Assembly: GCA_965223335.1 (NCBI GenBank)
Contig: OZ244991.1
Coordinates: forward strand, 384,001-448,000
Source: Thermodesulfobacteriota bacterium
GTDB lineage: Bacteria > Desulfobacterota_D > UBA1144 > Nemesobacterales > UBA2774
Reading direction: 5' to 3'
DNA: 64,000 nucleotides
Shown here: piece by piece, positions 49,980 to 60,411 of the stretch
How the letters are laid out: the number at the start of each line of letters is the position of its first letter
Position numbering within the stretch: position 1 is the first letter of the stretch
Notes under the pieces: model-generated
Database searches by the model: none
Told to the model about the DNA's origin: nothing
What the model saw: the letters and a program-made list of their open reading frames with translations, nothing else
Program-made: the position numbers and the translations under genes

Positions 49980-51846
49980 TCCTTCTGCGCTCGGTATCGG
50001 CCTCAACAACTTTCACGCGCACTTTCTGGCCGATATCAAACCACCTGCGCCGCCAGTCCTTAACACTCTCTTTCGGCACTAGTCCCTCAACATATATTTC
50101 TGTGAGCTCGACAAACATACCAAACGGCAGCACGCTAATTACAACAGCATCGTGCTCCTCGCCTATATGCGACTTCATCAGATACGCCCTCTCCAGGTTG
50201 TTTGCCTCCCTCTCGACCTCGTCTGCCGTCCTCTCTGTTTTCGAAGTTTTTTCCGCTATCCAAGCCAATGTATCATCATCATACGGCGAGTTCCGCTTCT
50301 TCAATACATAGTCGAGAATCCTATGTACGATTAGGTCCGGGTAACGCCGGATAGGAGATGTAAAGTGGGTATAATTTTCAATCCCCAACCCAAAATGACT
50401 CTCGTTCATATTTGAATAGTGGGCCCTGTTAAGTGCTCTAAGCACCATCATATTGACTGCTATCTCGAATTTCTTCCCTCTATAGTTGTCGAGGAGTTTC
50501 TGCAGGTCACGAACACGGACTTTCTTGTTAGAGGCCAGGTGATACCCGAGCTTGCTTAAATTATCGCTAAGCTCAGAAAGCGCGTCATCCCCCGGCGGTT
50601 CGTGAATCCTGTACACTGACGGCACATTTAAGTCCGACAGGTAAACCGCTACCCTATTGTTAGCCGCTATCATAAACTCCTCTATCATACCGTGTGCAAT
50701 GGTGCGCTCTGCCTGTTTTACCTCCACCGTGCGGCCCTGCTCATCATGGATTATCTCAGGCTCAGGGATTTCGAAATTAAGCTCACCCTCGCGGATCCTT
50801 CTTATTCTGATAAGCTCGTATAACTCCCTCATTGTCTTCAAACTCTTTACGATCGCTTTGCTTTGTCGCTCTGGGGTTGATTTACCTTCGAGAAGACGAG
50901 AAACACCGCTATATGTAAGCCTCGCCTTACTCCTTATAATGCTCTTATAAATCTTGTGCCCCGTAACCTCTCCATTATTATCGAAGTTGATCTCCACTGT
51001 TTTTGTCAGTCGGTCTCTCTCGGGAACAAGGCTGCATATCCAATCGGACAGTTTCTCGGGCAGCATTGTCACTACTTTAAACGGTAGGTATACACTCGTA
51101 CCCCTCTCGAGCGCATCGTTATCAATAGCGCTCCCAATCTTTACGTAATGCGAGACATCCGCGATACTTACATAGAGCTTGAACCCGTTTTTGCTCCTTT
51201 GTATCCCGACTGCGTCGTCATAATCCTTGGCCTTGTCGTTATCAATAGTGACAATCACCTTTTTTCTAAGATCCCTTCTCGAGCTTATATCCGATTCGGT
51301 GATCTCATCACTGAGTGTGGCAGACTCGTCCAACGATCGGCGAGAAAACTCGCCGTTTAGGTCATACTCGTATAATAGGGCGTCCCTCTCTACCTCCAGT
51401 TTCCCTGCTTTCCCAAGCACATCTACAATGTGTACTTTTTGTCGCTGCGATTTCTTGGGCGGCAGCACCTCGCCTACAACCAACGATCCGTCACTGATAC
51501 TCTTTACCTCAGCCCCTTTTACGTCAATGCTCCCGAGCCTATCGTCCCTGGGATGGAACTGTGCCGACTTGCCTCGTTTTACAAGCTTGCCCATGATGTG
51601 GCCCTTGGGGGTCACACCCTTTATACGCTTCTTTGTTTGAGGCTGTTCATCCTTGTTGGCCAGCACATAACGTCCACCCTTAACCCTGGTTACCTTGCCC
51701 TGGTCGATCATTTTACGCAGCACCTTTTTAAACACGGCTCTTTGCTCCTGATGAACACCAAGGCGCCTAGACAGCTCTCTCGACCTCATAGGCCTTTTTG
51801 ACGACCTAATCAGCTTAATAATCTCTTTAGGTTTAGGGATTTTCAT
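49957..51846 (-). CDS. rnr: Ribonuclease R
   Basis: N-terminal HTH, TIDNDKAKDYDDA, EEFMIAAN, YTHFTSPIRRYPD, C-terminal S1 domain. Confidence 0.92.
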   Translation of the reverse strand: MKIPKPKEIIKLIRSSKRPMRSRELSRRLGVHQEQRAVFKKVLRKMIDQGKVTRVKGGRYVLANKDEQPQTKKRIKGVTPKGHIMGKLVKRGKSAQFHPRDDRLGSIDVKGAEVKSISDGSLVVGEVLPPKKSQRQKVHIVDVLGKAGKLEVERDALLYEYDLNGEFSRRSLDESATLSDEITESDISSRRDLRKKVIVTIDNDKAKDYDDAVGIQRSKNGFKLYVSIADVSHYVKIGSAIDNDALERGTSVYLPFKVVTMLPEKLSDWICSLVPERDRLTKTVEINFDNNGEVTGHKIYKSIIRSKARLTYSGVSRLLEGKSTPERQSKAIVKSLKTMRELYELIRIRRIREGELNFEIPEPEIIHDEQGRTVEVKQAERTIAHGMIEEFMIAANNRVAVYLSDLNVPSVYRIHEPPGDDALSELSDNLSKLGYHLASNKKVRVRDLQKLLDNYRGKKFEIAVNMMVLRALNRAHYSNMNESHFGLGIENYTHFTSPIRRYPDLIVHRILDYVLKKRNSPYDDDTLAWIAEKTSKTERTADEVEREANNLERAYLMKSHIGEEHDAVVISVLPFGMFVELTEIYVEGLVPKESVKDWRRRWFDIGQKVRVKVVEADTERRRITLDLLS

Positions 51847-52097
51847 AAACTCGATCGATACCTAACAATAAAAGAATTTGCAGATGGAAGGTACGTTAGC
51901 AAACTAGATTTGCTGTGCAATTCATAAGGTGGATAAATAATAGATAATATTACATGTTTTTAGCGATTCATCAATGATGGATTTACTGGTTCTAACATAT
52001 ATCGAATCTCCGGATTTTATTTGTAAACTGTGATAATTCCAGATACTATTAGTGCTCTAGTAATTTTTAAGCTCATCGGACGGAGGATTTTTTCCAC

Positions 52098-52283
52098 ATG
52101 CTTTCCAAAAACATACCCGGCGGAATAATAATATGTCTCATAGTCTTTACGTTTGTTGGAATAGGTTTAAGTATGGGAATTCATATTAATTGGCCGTTTT
52201 ACTTTAAAATGGCTGGAGTAATCGCTATTATTGCCCTTGTAGTATCCGCTATTACAAATACCGTCCCGTCGGGCAAAGAGTAG
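52098..52283 (+). CDS. Small two-TM membrane protein
   Basis: GGAGGA RBS; two hydrophobic segments; occupies an intergenic gap. Confidence 0.6.
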   Translation: MLSKNIPGGIIICLIVFTFVGIGLSMGIHINWPFYFKMAGVIAIIALVVSAITNTVPSGKE

Positions 52284-52315
52284 CTCTCTCTCCCCTCGTT
52301 CACCCCTAGATAGTT

Positions 52316-52954
52316 TTATGGAGTTATAATAAGGCCGCTTTGGCTCGTGCTGGGTGCCTCTTCTTCGGGGTGATAGCGCAGTATGTGTATGAAGTAGCTT
52401 TTCGGATTTGAATCGTTCTCTGCATAAAAATTCGCTTCATTAAGAAATTCAGACACAACCTGCATAGCATGATCGACGTTATGTATCTTTGATCCTAAAT
52501 TGTTATTGTTTCTATAGTTATCCAGAATGCTTAACATCATATGCGATATATCGTTTGCATATGTGCTCTCGCCCTTGTGTTCGTATAATAAACCTTTCTT
52601 TTCAGTCTCTAGTGTTTTAAGTACAAGGTCCAATCCCGTAACAAGGTCGGTATTGCAGAGCTCTTTGTTCGAACGAAACATATGAGCTATGGACTTTTCT
52701 ATTGTTGCAAATATCTCGGGGTTTTTACTATAAAGCTCAGCCCGCCTCACATAGCTACCGGCCCCCTCTTTACGGAGTCTCTGCTTCAGTACCTTTTTGT
52801 TATGCTGTTTTTGGCCCTCAACAAAGTACTTACAATCTAGCGGGCAGTTGATCTCAACCCCCCTTTTCTCCCCGCAGCACACGGGGCATATGGAAGCCCT
52901 TTTCGCAGGGCAGTATCTCTTGGGTTTGCGTTTATCACAGATGACACATTTCAT
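52316..52954 (-). CDS. Hypothetical protein with N-terminal 8-Cys zinc-binding-like domain
   Basis: CVIC...YC...ICPVCC...NCPLDC. Confidence 0.75.
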   Translation of the reverse strand: MKCVICDKRKPKRYCPAKRASICPVCCGEKRGVEINCPLDCKYFVEGQKQHNKKVLKQRLRKEGAGSYVRRAELYSKNPEIFATIEKSIAHMFRSNKELCNTDLVTGLDLVLKTLETEKKGLLYEHKGESTYANDISHMMLSILDNYRNNNNLGSKIHNVDHAMQVVSEFLNEANFYAENDSNPKSYFIHILRYHPEEEAPSTSQSGLIITP

Positions 52955-53128
52955 ATGTTAAGTATTCTACACATCTGGACCTAAATGTTCAATCAATTAT
53001 AGGGGTTAGAGCAGTCATATTATACGACATTAGGAAGGTGTAGAAATCAAGATTGGGCAGAATAATTGCTGCAAGTAATTAATCGACCCCTAGATATCAG
53101 ACAGAACAACTTATAATCGCAGAAATGA

Positions 53129-54031
53129 TTACGGCATCATTTCTTCCATTGGTTCCTCAACAGTCTGGTTAATTATTATTGTAGCCTCTATTCTTAGGTC
53201 TTGCGGAGATGGAATAGGACATATTCCTAAGAATTCAGGAGGTATAGTGAGATCAATTATAGCAGTAACAACCTGTGTACCACCTGCCCCTGCAAATGCA
53301 AAATACTGAACTGTAAAGCTGCCTGAATCTACTGAGCCCTGTACAACGGTTTGTACCGGTTCTCCCTCTTCCTCTGGAATCTCTCCACCCACTGAAAGCA
53401 CACCTAGGTTCGGATTACTTATGTTCACTAATGCTATCGTTCCGGGTTTTATACCCACTGTGCCAAAAGACAATGTAATGAACTTTGATAAGGGAGCATC
53501 AGGCTCAAATGGCACGGCAACCTCGATTGGACTTTCCGGAGGGACAATACCTACACCCAACAATGTGACTGAACCGAATCTCGATTCTACATCTCCACCC
53601 GGAGGTTTTACCGTGGCAGAAATATTAATAGTAGCTGCAACTGGGTTTGCAGTCGTACCTATACCTTTGAGTATGCCCGCGAGGTAATTAACAAACGCCG
53701 ATCCATTCTCTACTGTAGGAGTTGCATTAAATAAACAACCTGCGAGTGATGGAGGCAATCCTCCGGTAGATGTGATCTCAAATTCAATGGGCGTCCCGTT
53801 GCCTACAATCTCTGTAACCACGTTAATAAATGATTCACTACATCCGTTACCATATATTACTGACGGATTAGGCTGCACAGCAATAATAGCAGTACCAATT
53901 GGATTTGATGATCCTTTATTATTATCCAAGCTATTTGTGCACGACAAACTGATTATACAAATAAAGATTAGTGGAAATATCACACCAATCCTTCTCATTA
54001 TCCTTCTCTTATCTGTATTAGTAAATTCCAT
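53129..54031 (-). CDS. Hypothetical lipoprotein, beta-rich (Ig-like)
   Basis: GGAGG RBS; hydrophobic signal + SLSC; G/P/V/T-rich mature part. Confidence 0.65.
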   Translation of the reverse strand: MEFTNTDKRRIMRRIGVIFPLIFICIISLSCTNSLDNNKGSSNPIGTAIIAVQPNPSVIYGNGCSESFINVVTEIVGNGTPIEFEITSTGGLPPSLAGCLFNATPTVENGSAFVNYLAGILKGIGTTANPVAATINISATVKPPGGDVESRFGSVTLLGVGIVPPESPIEVAVPFEPDAPLSKFITLSFGTVGIKPGTIALVNISNPNLGVLSVGGEIPEEEGEPVQTVVQGSVDSGSFTVQYFAFAGAGGTQVVTAIIDLTIPPEFLGICPIPSPQDLRIEATIIINQTVEEPMEEMMP

Positions 54032-54051
54032 CGAAATTAATCCTCCTTAAA

Positions 54052-54624
54052 CTAATTCACTTCACGATCGTCATTTACACTAAACTCCATTGTATCTACT
54101 GACCCGCTATCGGTTGATGCGGTTAATGTAGCGGGATCAATTATTACATTTCCGTCAACCAGAAGTATTACAAAGGCCACACCCCTTCGGTCAGTTAGCG
54201 TATCAAACGGAGAGTCCACAAACGCCCCAAAGGCAAACCACTCTGCTATAGGAGTCAGTTCACAGCGTTGTGGACCGCATGCAAACGGGTCAACCATTTG
54301 TATAGCCCGTGCATCAGGTACACCATCTCCATTGGTATCTACTACAATGCTATTCTGACCAGCAAATGTTAGAGTCCAAAACACTCTGACCTTATTTATC
54401 GGCTCTTCCTCTTCACTTAGTACTATTGCTTGGATTGTTACCGGCTCTAGCGAATTTAATGGAATATTAATACCTTCAAGAGGGTTGAGTATCGTTACCT
54501 CTGACCCAAACGGTGCAAACGGCGGGTTAGCACCACCACATCCAATTGTCACAATCCCGTATATGAGCACTCCTAGTATTAGTGCAGGGAACACTGCCAA
54601 TCCTGCTTTGGATCTCTTGTTCAT
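54052..54624 (-). CDS. Hypothetical lipoprotein (Big_1-like, DxNxDG Ca-binding-like motif)
   Basis: GGAGG RBS; lipobox TIGC; DTNGDGVPD; TDRRGVA. Confidence 0.65.
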   Translation of the reverse strand: MNKRSKAGLAVFPALILGVLIYGIVTIGCGGANPPFAPFGSEVTILNPLEGINIPLNSLEPVTIQAIVLSEEEEPINKVRVFWTLTFAGQNSIVVDTNGDGVPDARAIQMVDPFACGPQRCELTPIAEWFAFGAFVDSPFDTLTDRRGVAFVILLVDGNVIIDPATLTASTDSGSVDTMEFSVNDDREVN

Positions 54625-54651
54625 GTCATCATCCTCCTTGTTGGTTCCACC

Positions 54652-56538
54652 TTATCTAATGATTCGCGGTGTTATAAATACAATTAACTCCCTCCGTTGG
54701 TCTGTCCTGCTGGTCCTCTCAAACAGCCATCCGAGTAGCGGTATCCTCGAGGCCCAGGGAATACTATTATTACTATCCGAAACGGTACGCTTAAAAATAC
54801 CGCCTATCACAATAGTCTCGCCGTCACTTGCCAGCACTTGAGTCTGCGCTTCATTACGGCTAATACTGGGCTGTCCCCCGGCACCAAGAGTCGAGGTGTC
54901 GGGAGCGTTATCCGTCACACTTATGTTCATCAACACTCTATTATCATTTGTTACCTGAGGTGTGACCTCTAACCTCAAAGTTGCGTCTACAAACTGGGTT
55001 TGTGTACCCGCCGCCGACACACTCAAAAACGGTATCGATACACCCTGCTCAATCCTTGCAGGCGTGTTATCGAGCGTGAGGACTTTGGGTGAAGAGAGAA
55101 TTCGACCATCGCCCCTGGTCTCGAGAGCCGAGAGCCTGAGATCTAGGTCATATGCACCTGTCAAACTGCCCAGTACCAAGCCAAACACACCTCCCGCACC
55201 CGGGCCTGCTGCCGCGGGCAGGTCGATAATAAAACTATCCCCTGTGGTCCCAAACGGACTCCCGACAGTCGTACCCCCGGCCTCTACGCTAGACGGGAAT
55301 GTGGCACCGGTCGGGTTTCCTGTAGCAGCCGATGCTGTGTAATTGAAACCCCACTGCACACCGAGCTCCCTTGTAAAATCGAGGGTCGCCGACACTATAC
55401 GCGATTCAATCAACACCTGTGGGGTTCTCGTATCCAGGCTCAGAATAAGGTCTTCGATCTGAACCACCCTGGCTGGGGTATCATTTATCAAAATGCTGTT
55501 TGTCCTGGTATCGACCCTAAGTTCTCCGCGATCACTAAGCAGCGGGTCAACCAGCGGTATTAATTCCTCGGCAGTTGCATAGTTCACAAACACCTGTTTT
55601 GTGGTGAGCGGTTCGAGTTGTTCTTTTGACTTTGCAGCCTTTTGTATAGCTGTCTGACGGGCCTGGAGGGTGTCAAGTGGTGCTACTCTCATAACGTTAC
55701 CGTCAATAAAAGCACCCAGTCCTGCGTCTTCGAGGATTACATCGAGTGCCTGGTCCCAGGGCACATTAGCCAACTTGAGTGTCACAGTACCTGTTACATT
55801 CCTAGCGATAATCATGTTAAAACCGCTTATATCGGAAATAATTCGAAGCACATCACGTATATCAGCATCCTTAAAATCAAAAGACACCAGCTGTCCGCGA
55901 TAGGTCTTGGTAACGCCAGGAACTGTTGTCAACCTAAAATCAAACGCATAAAGGTCTTCGTTGTTGACCTCAACCGTTACGTCCTCCTGTGTTTCAGTCT
56001 GCTGCACACGTGAGGTCCCGAAGTTAAGCGTGAGCATGTTACCGTCCTGCCCAACCTCTACGGGCACATCCCCTTCTTTTAACTCAATTACCACTATGAC
56101 ATCGTCCTCGTTAACAGGATCCCTAAACGACGATATAAATGTAAGCGGGCTATCGAAATCGCTTACATCACGAGATATCTGGAACTTATCTGCCAATATT
56201 ACGTTCTTTAGTTTCAAGCTTACTTTATTTGTCTCGTCCGCAAGCCTCTTGAACTCTGCCTGTTGCGAAGTACCAATGGTGACTATCCCGACCCCTTCTT
56301 TAACCTCAAAACCAATGCTCTCCACACTGTTAAACGTAGCAGGGTAAGTTGTGTCAGCTTGAGCAATAATTAAAGTCGCAGTATTACCGCTACGAGGAAT
56401 CGCTGGGGAGTGGGACATCGACACATACGGTGTCTGATTGGTAGTCAGATTTGACGAGTGCGCCAAATCCGCATCAGTGATACTTGATAAAATAAGAATG
56501 CTAATTATCAGAATTGTATTTAGTAAAAACCTCATCAC
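54652..56538 (-). CDS. pilQ: Type IV pilus secretin PilQ
   Basis: SFDFKDADIRDVL, VPWDQAL, QVLIESRIV, GETIVIGG, IPLLGWLF, FITPRI. Confidence 0.95.
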   Translation of the reverse strand: MMRFLLNTILIISILILSSITDADLAHSSNLTTNQTPYVSMSHSPAIPRSGNTATLIIAQADTTYPATFNSVESIGFEVKEGVGIVTIGTSQQAEFKRLADETNKVSLKLKNVILADKFQISRDVSDFDSPLTFISSFRDPVNEDDVIVVIELKEGDVPVEVGQDGNMLTLNFGTSRVQQTETQEDVTVEVNNEDLYAFDFRLTTVPGVTKTYRGQLVSFDFKDADIRDVLRIISDISGFNMIIARNVTGTVTLKLANVPWDQALDVILEDAGLGAFIDGNVMRVAPLDTLQARQTAIQKAAKSKEQLEPLTTKQVFVNYATAEELIPLVDPLLSDRGELRVDTRTNSILINDTPARVVQIEDLILSLDTRTPQVLIESRIVSATLDFTRELGVQWGFNYTASAATGNPTGATFPSSVEAGGTTVGSPFGTTGDSFIIDLPAAAGPGAGGVFGLVLGSLTGAYDLDLRLSALETRGDGRILSSPKVLTLDNTPARIEQGVSIPFLSVSAAGTQTQFVDATLRLEVTPQVTNDNRVLMNISVTDNAPDTSTLGAGGQPSISRNEAQTQVLASDGETIVIGGIFKRTVSDSNNSIPWASRIPLLGWLFERTSRTDQRRELIVFITPRIIR

Positions 56539-56599
56539 ACCATCCTCCTTAAACTTGTTCGACCTCCTCAGATTAGCCTCATAACTATTATCAACTACC

Positions 56600-57253
56600 T
56601 CATTCCTCTCTAAACGCGAGGACCGATTCCTTTACCTCGATTTTTACTTCCCCATACAAGTTTTCATAGCGTTTTTTTTCTTGGACCATTAACCCACTTT
56701 GTCTCACTTCGGTAATCTCACCCTCTTCATTTCCTATCTCGTCACCTACACCCAATGAATACGTATTGCCCTCGGGATCTACTACCATGCCCTGCGGTTC
56801 ACCACTTACAGAAATTATTCCAACCAATCTGAATTCATTTAGAGGATATTTTTTGATCGGAGGCAGAATCTCTTTCACTGTGGGCTTAATTTCCTCTACG
56901 GTCTTGATAAAAGGTTTAAACGGATCCCTCTTACCCTTTGCATCATAGAGCGGGAATTCTCGTGCAACTCTGTTTTTCTTAAGCGTCTTTGTGCCTTCCG
57001 CAGCTTGATCAGGAACCTTTGTTTCACTCTCTACATTCGAATACGTTTTCCCTTGTGTATTCTCCTCATCCTCTTTTTTATCTTTGCGATTTTTCTCTTT
57101 TGCTTCCTGTATACGTTTAAAGCCCTCTTTCACGGCAGTATCTACCGAACCATCATCCCCGTTATCAGCCAATCCGGTATTAACACCGATGGCGAGTAGT
57201 ATAAAAAACATTATCAATAAATTTAATATTCTATTCATTTGTGTTCTCACCAA
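56600..57253 (-). CDS. pilP: Type IV pilus assembly protein PilP
   Basis: YDAKGKRDPFKP, FRLVGII, VGDEIG; operon position. Confidence 0.88.
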   Translation of the reverse strand: MVRTQMNRILNLLIMFFILLAIGVNTGLADNGDDGSVDTAVKEGFKRIQEAKEKNRKDKKEDEENTQGKTYSNVESETKVPDQAAEGTKTLKKNRVAREFPLYDAKGKRDPFKPFIKTVEEIKPTVKEILPPIKKYPLNEFRLVGIISVSGEPQGMVVDPEGNTYSLGVGDEIGNEEGEITEVRQSGLMVQEKKRYENLYGEVKIEVKESVLAFREE

Positions 57254-57274
57254 AACTTAATTAGAAAACTTTTA

Positions 57275-57922
57275 CTAACCCTGTTTCTTGCCTCTCTTTG
57301 GTCTGGCTTTTCGTTTGCCCTTGTCCTGTGTAGGAGGAGGTTGCACATTGGGCAGCAGTCTAAATGTCACTACGTTGAATTTTGCATTGAGACGCACCTT
57401 ATTGCCTTTTATATCCTCTCGTTCCAGGTCCAGATTCCTGGCATTTACAATCCTCGGCAACCTGGCTATGCGATCAAAGAAACTGGCTAATTCATAGTAT
57501 GTGCCGTTTACCTCCATCTCTATTGGGATTTCGGCATATATATCCTTTTGGACCTGCCCTTTGGGGGCAAATATTACAGAATCCAGATTAGATGCAGAGA
57601 TCTCTTCGTATACATTATCAATTAGAGCGGGGATCTCTTTTTCTTTAGGTAGTTTTTGTGCAATTTGCTCAAACTCTCTTTCCAGTTTCTCGAACTCCCT
57701 TTTAAATCTTGGGAGCTCCCTCTGCACAGATTGGTATTCACTTAATGTCTTTTGGGCCTGTCGTAGCTTTGCTTGCTCTACCTTTAGCTTTTGTGCATTA
57801 GGGGACCAGATAAAATACCAGTATCCCCCGGCCAAAAGCGCAATGATCACGATTAAGCTCAGAACCTTATTCCTGGTCGACTGTGCGTTAAGAAACGCTG
57901 TGATTCTTTCTATAAACGACAT
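57275..57922 (-). CDS. pilO: Type IV pilus assembly protein PilO
   Basis: TM helix, coiled coil, LPKEKEIP, GTYYEL..F...LPRIV. Confidence 0.92.
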   Translation of the reverse strand: MSFIERITAFLNAQSTRNKVLSLIVIIALLAGGYWYFIWSPNAQKLKVEQAKLRQAQKTLSEYQSVQRELPRFKREFEKLEREFEQIAQKLPKEKEIPALIDNVYEEISASNLDSVIFAPKGQVQKDIYAEIPIEMEVNGTYYELASFFDRIARLPRIVNARNLDLEREDIKGNKVRLNAKFNVVTFRLLPNVQPPPTQDKGKRKARPKRGKKQG

Positions 57923-57924
57923 AT

Positions 57925-58530
57925 CTACCTCTTTTTTGCTCCCTTGGGCTTAGTTTCCTGCTTTTCGGACTCTTCCGGTTTTTTAGTTTCACCCGAATAA
58001 TTCAGCTTTGCCTCTATCACAAAACTGCTAAGATCTTTCTCACGCATATTTGTCTTTTTCATGACACCCAGCTCCACATTTGTAAAGTAAGGCGATTTTT
58101 GCAGCGCTTCCATAAAATCCGCCACTGTAAACTCATCCCAAGCCACACCCTCCATCTTTGCCGCGTTACCCTTCTCGGTAAAATCGTCTATCCATGCCCT
58201 GCTTGGTATCGCATTAGCAAGCGAATCCATCACAAAAAGAGGACCTGTACGATTTTGTTCCAGCACATTTATCACATCGATCCGTCGTGCCAGCTCTTTA
58301 TTCTTCTTTTTAAATTCCTCAACCTGTTCTTTTACTTTTTCCAGTTGTGCGATCCTTCTCTCTGTTTGTTTAGTCTTTGCTTGCACCTCTCCCAGCTTTC
58401 TATCCTGCAGCAAGTGTGTTGCAAAAATCACTGCCAGTACCGCGAGTATGATAAAAACTCCCAGGATAAGTTCTCCTATTCCGCGGTATTCACGCCGCTC
58501 GGCTACTGGAAGAAGATTAATCTTTATCAA
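57925..58530 (-). CDS. pilN: Type IV pilus assembly protein PilN
   Basis: MIKINLLP, TM helix, coiled coil. Confidence 0.93.
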   Translation of the reverse strand: MIKINLLPVAERREYRGIGELILGVFIILAVLAVIFATHLLQDRKLGEVQAKTKQTERRIAQLEKVKEQVEEFKKKNKELARRIDVINVLEQNRTGPLFVMDSLANAIPSRAWIDDFTEKGNAAKMEGVAWDEFTVADFMEALQKSPYFTNVELGVMKKTNMREKDLSSFVIEAKLNYSGETKKPEESEKQETKPKGAKKR

Positions 58531-59576
58531 GATTTATCCCCCGGTTTCCTAGTTGCAAGTCCCATAACAACCCCCATCTTCGGGGCAACATCCTCCAGAT
58601 AATCTGGATCAAAGTCCTTGTCGCTATACAATATGTTTTTAAATGGATCAAGCATCTCAACATCTATCTCAGCAACATCTTTTAGCAAATCAGACAGACC
58701 CGATACTTTTGCAGAGCCCCCGCTTAGCATTATGCTGTTTACCTGTTCTTTCCACAGTGTAGAAGCAAAGAAATCAATAGTCCTCTTAATCTCGCTGCAC
58801 ATTAGATCTGCAAAATCGTTGCTCAATCTCTCGAGTTCAGGGGCGGCCTCGCCGCTCTGAATGGTCAGTTTCATCTGCTCCGCCTCTTCAAAGCTGGTGT
58901 TAAACTCCTGCACGATACGTTCTGTAAACTGATCTCCTCCGGTCGTTATGTCTCTGGTGAAAATTGAAACCCCTTCTCTCAATATATTTATGTTTGTTAC
59001 AGATGCCCCTATATTTACCAAAGCTGTTATGCCCTGTGTGCTGTCATAGTTGGCATCGTACATATTTTCCAACGCAAACACATCGACATCCACAACCACT
59101 GGGTTTAATCCAACCTCACTCACAATTGATACATAGTCGTTGGTTATGTCTTTTTTAGCTGCTACGATCAGCACGTCCATATTACCGTCGGCTGTTTCAC
59201 CCGGCAGATGCTGAAAATCATAGTTGACCTCTTCTATGCTCTGAGGGATGTACTGCTCAAGTTCCCATGGGATTGATTCCCGCAGCTCGCTCTCTGTCAT
59301 TTTCGGTAAACTCACTTTTTTAATTATCACCGAGTGACCGGAAATCGAAATAACAACGTTTTTAGTTTTAACCCTTAGATCCCCAATAAGCCCGGACAAT
59401 GCCTCGGCAACCGCATCGGGGTTACTAATCACCTTATTGACGATCGCCTGATGGGGTAACAGAGCCTCGCCCATGTTCTTAAGTTGGTAGCCCTTTTTCG
59501 TTTTCTTAAGCTCGATGAGCTTAATAGCATTAGAGCCGATATCTAGTCCTACTACTTCTTTTTTACCTAAAAACAA
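58527..59576 (-). CDS. pilM: Type IV pilus assembly protein PilM
   Basis: GLDIGS, NIGASVTN, LSGGSA, GLATR; TTG start with AGGAGG RBS. Confidence 0.95.
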   Translation of the reverse strand: MFLGKKEVVGLDIGSNAIKLIELKKTKKGYQLKNMGEALLPHQAIVNKVISNPDAVAEALSGLIGDLRVKTKNVVISISGHSVIIKKVSLPKMTESELRESIPWELEQYIPQSIEEVNYDFQHLPGETADGNMDVLIVAAKKDITNDYVSIVSEVGLNPVVVDVDVFALENMYDANYDSTQGITALVNIGASVTNINILREGVSIFTRDITTGGDQFTERIVQEFNTSFEEAEQMKLTIQSGEAAPELERLSNDFADLMCSEIKRTIDFFASTLWKEQVNSIMLSGGSAKVSGLSDLLKDVAEIDVEMLDPFKNILYSDKDFDPDYLEDVAPKMGVVMGLATRKPGDKS

Positions 59577-59601
59577 GTCATCCTCCTAAGTTACAATAGT
59601 A

Positions 59602-59630
59602 ATTTAACCATCTTTTTTAACTTTTTGCAA
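59602..59630 (-). promoter_or_regulatory. Possible sigma70-type promoter of pilM
   Basis: Minus strand TTGCAA-17-TTAAAT in AT-rich DNA. Confidence 0.35.
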
Positions 59631-60039
59631 TACTTTTTTTATTATCTGAATTTCCGCTTTAAATATTGTACATAGATATCTGTAATACCTATGTTTCACA
59701 TAATGATTGTTTGGGTTGATGCAAGAACGGAGAATTGGAGAAAGAATTGGTTTCAGAACAGACTAATTGCGCGATTTCCTCTCTATGTTGCTTACAACTA
59801 AACCCATCATCACTCCTTAATAGTATAACTTCAAAACACCGAATATATACTAAATAATTTGCAACATGCCCTACCGAAACAACAATATTTTGGCACCAAG
59901 ACCTACAAGCTCAAAAATACTGCCGATCATATTTATTGTCAATAGTAAAGAGACTCGAGTCCCCTAACCCATAGGTATGAGAAAATCAATATTAGAAAGC
60001 AGGTGCGATATTCAACTCAAGTAGGTTATTAAGATTTAC

Positions 60040-60411
60040 TCAGTTCACATTATTTTCGTAGTAAATCTCTACTTCTTTAGAAAATACATTGGCGGGGTCA
60101 GACTCTACTGTAACACTAAAGAATGCTCTCTCAGACGGAAACAGCACCTCATTGGAACCTTCCTCGAACAAAGATAGAGAATTCGACTCTATAGTATTGC
60201 CTTTATCGTCTTTAAGTATTATGACCACGTAGATGGAGTTCACAGGGGTATCACCAGAATTTACTACAGCTCCGTTAAATTCAAGCGAACCATCGCTGTT
60301 AACGCTCTCCAAAATAGGCCCCGAGAGACCCACCGCACCGTCCCCTTCAGGTGCCGCACATCCCCACGCGCCCATAATGCAAATAGCTACAATAAGTAAT
60401 AAACGTTTCAT
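60040..60411 (-). CDS. FxLYD-like small lipoprotein
   Basis: Lipobox AWGC; GAVVNSG...LKDDKGNTI...LFPSERAFF. Confidence 0.7.
   Translation of the reverse strand: MKRLLLIVAICIMGAWGCAAPEGDGAVGLSGPILESVNSDGSLEFNGAVVNSGDTPVNSIYVVIILKDDKGNTIESNSLSLFEEGSNEVLFPSERAFFSVTVESDPANVFSKEVEIYYENNVN

Noticed and set aside
59891..59906. TGGCAC as a sigma54 promoter for pilM
   Set aside because: It is on the wrong strand for pilM and has no GC at the -12 position
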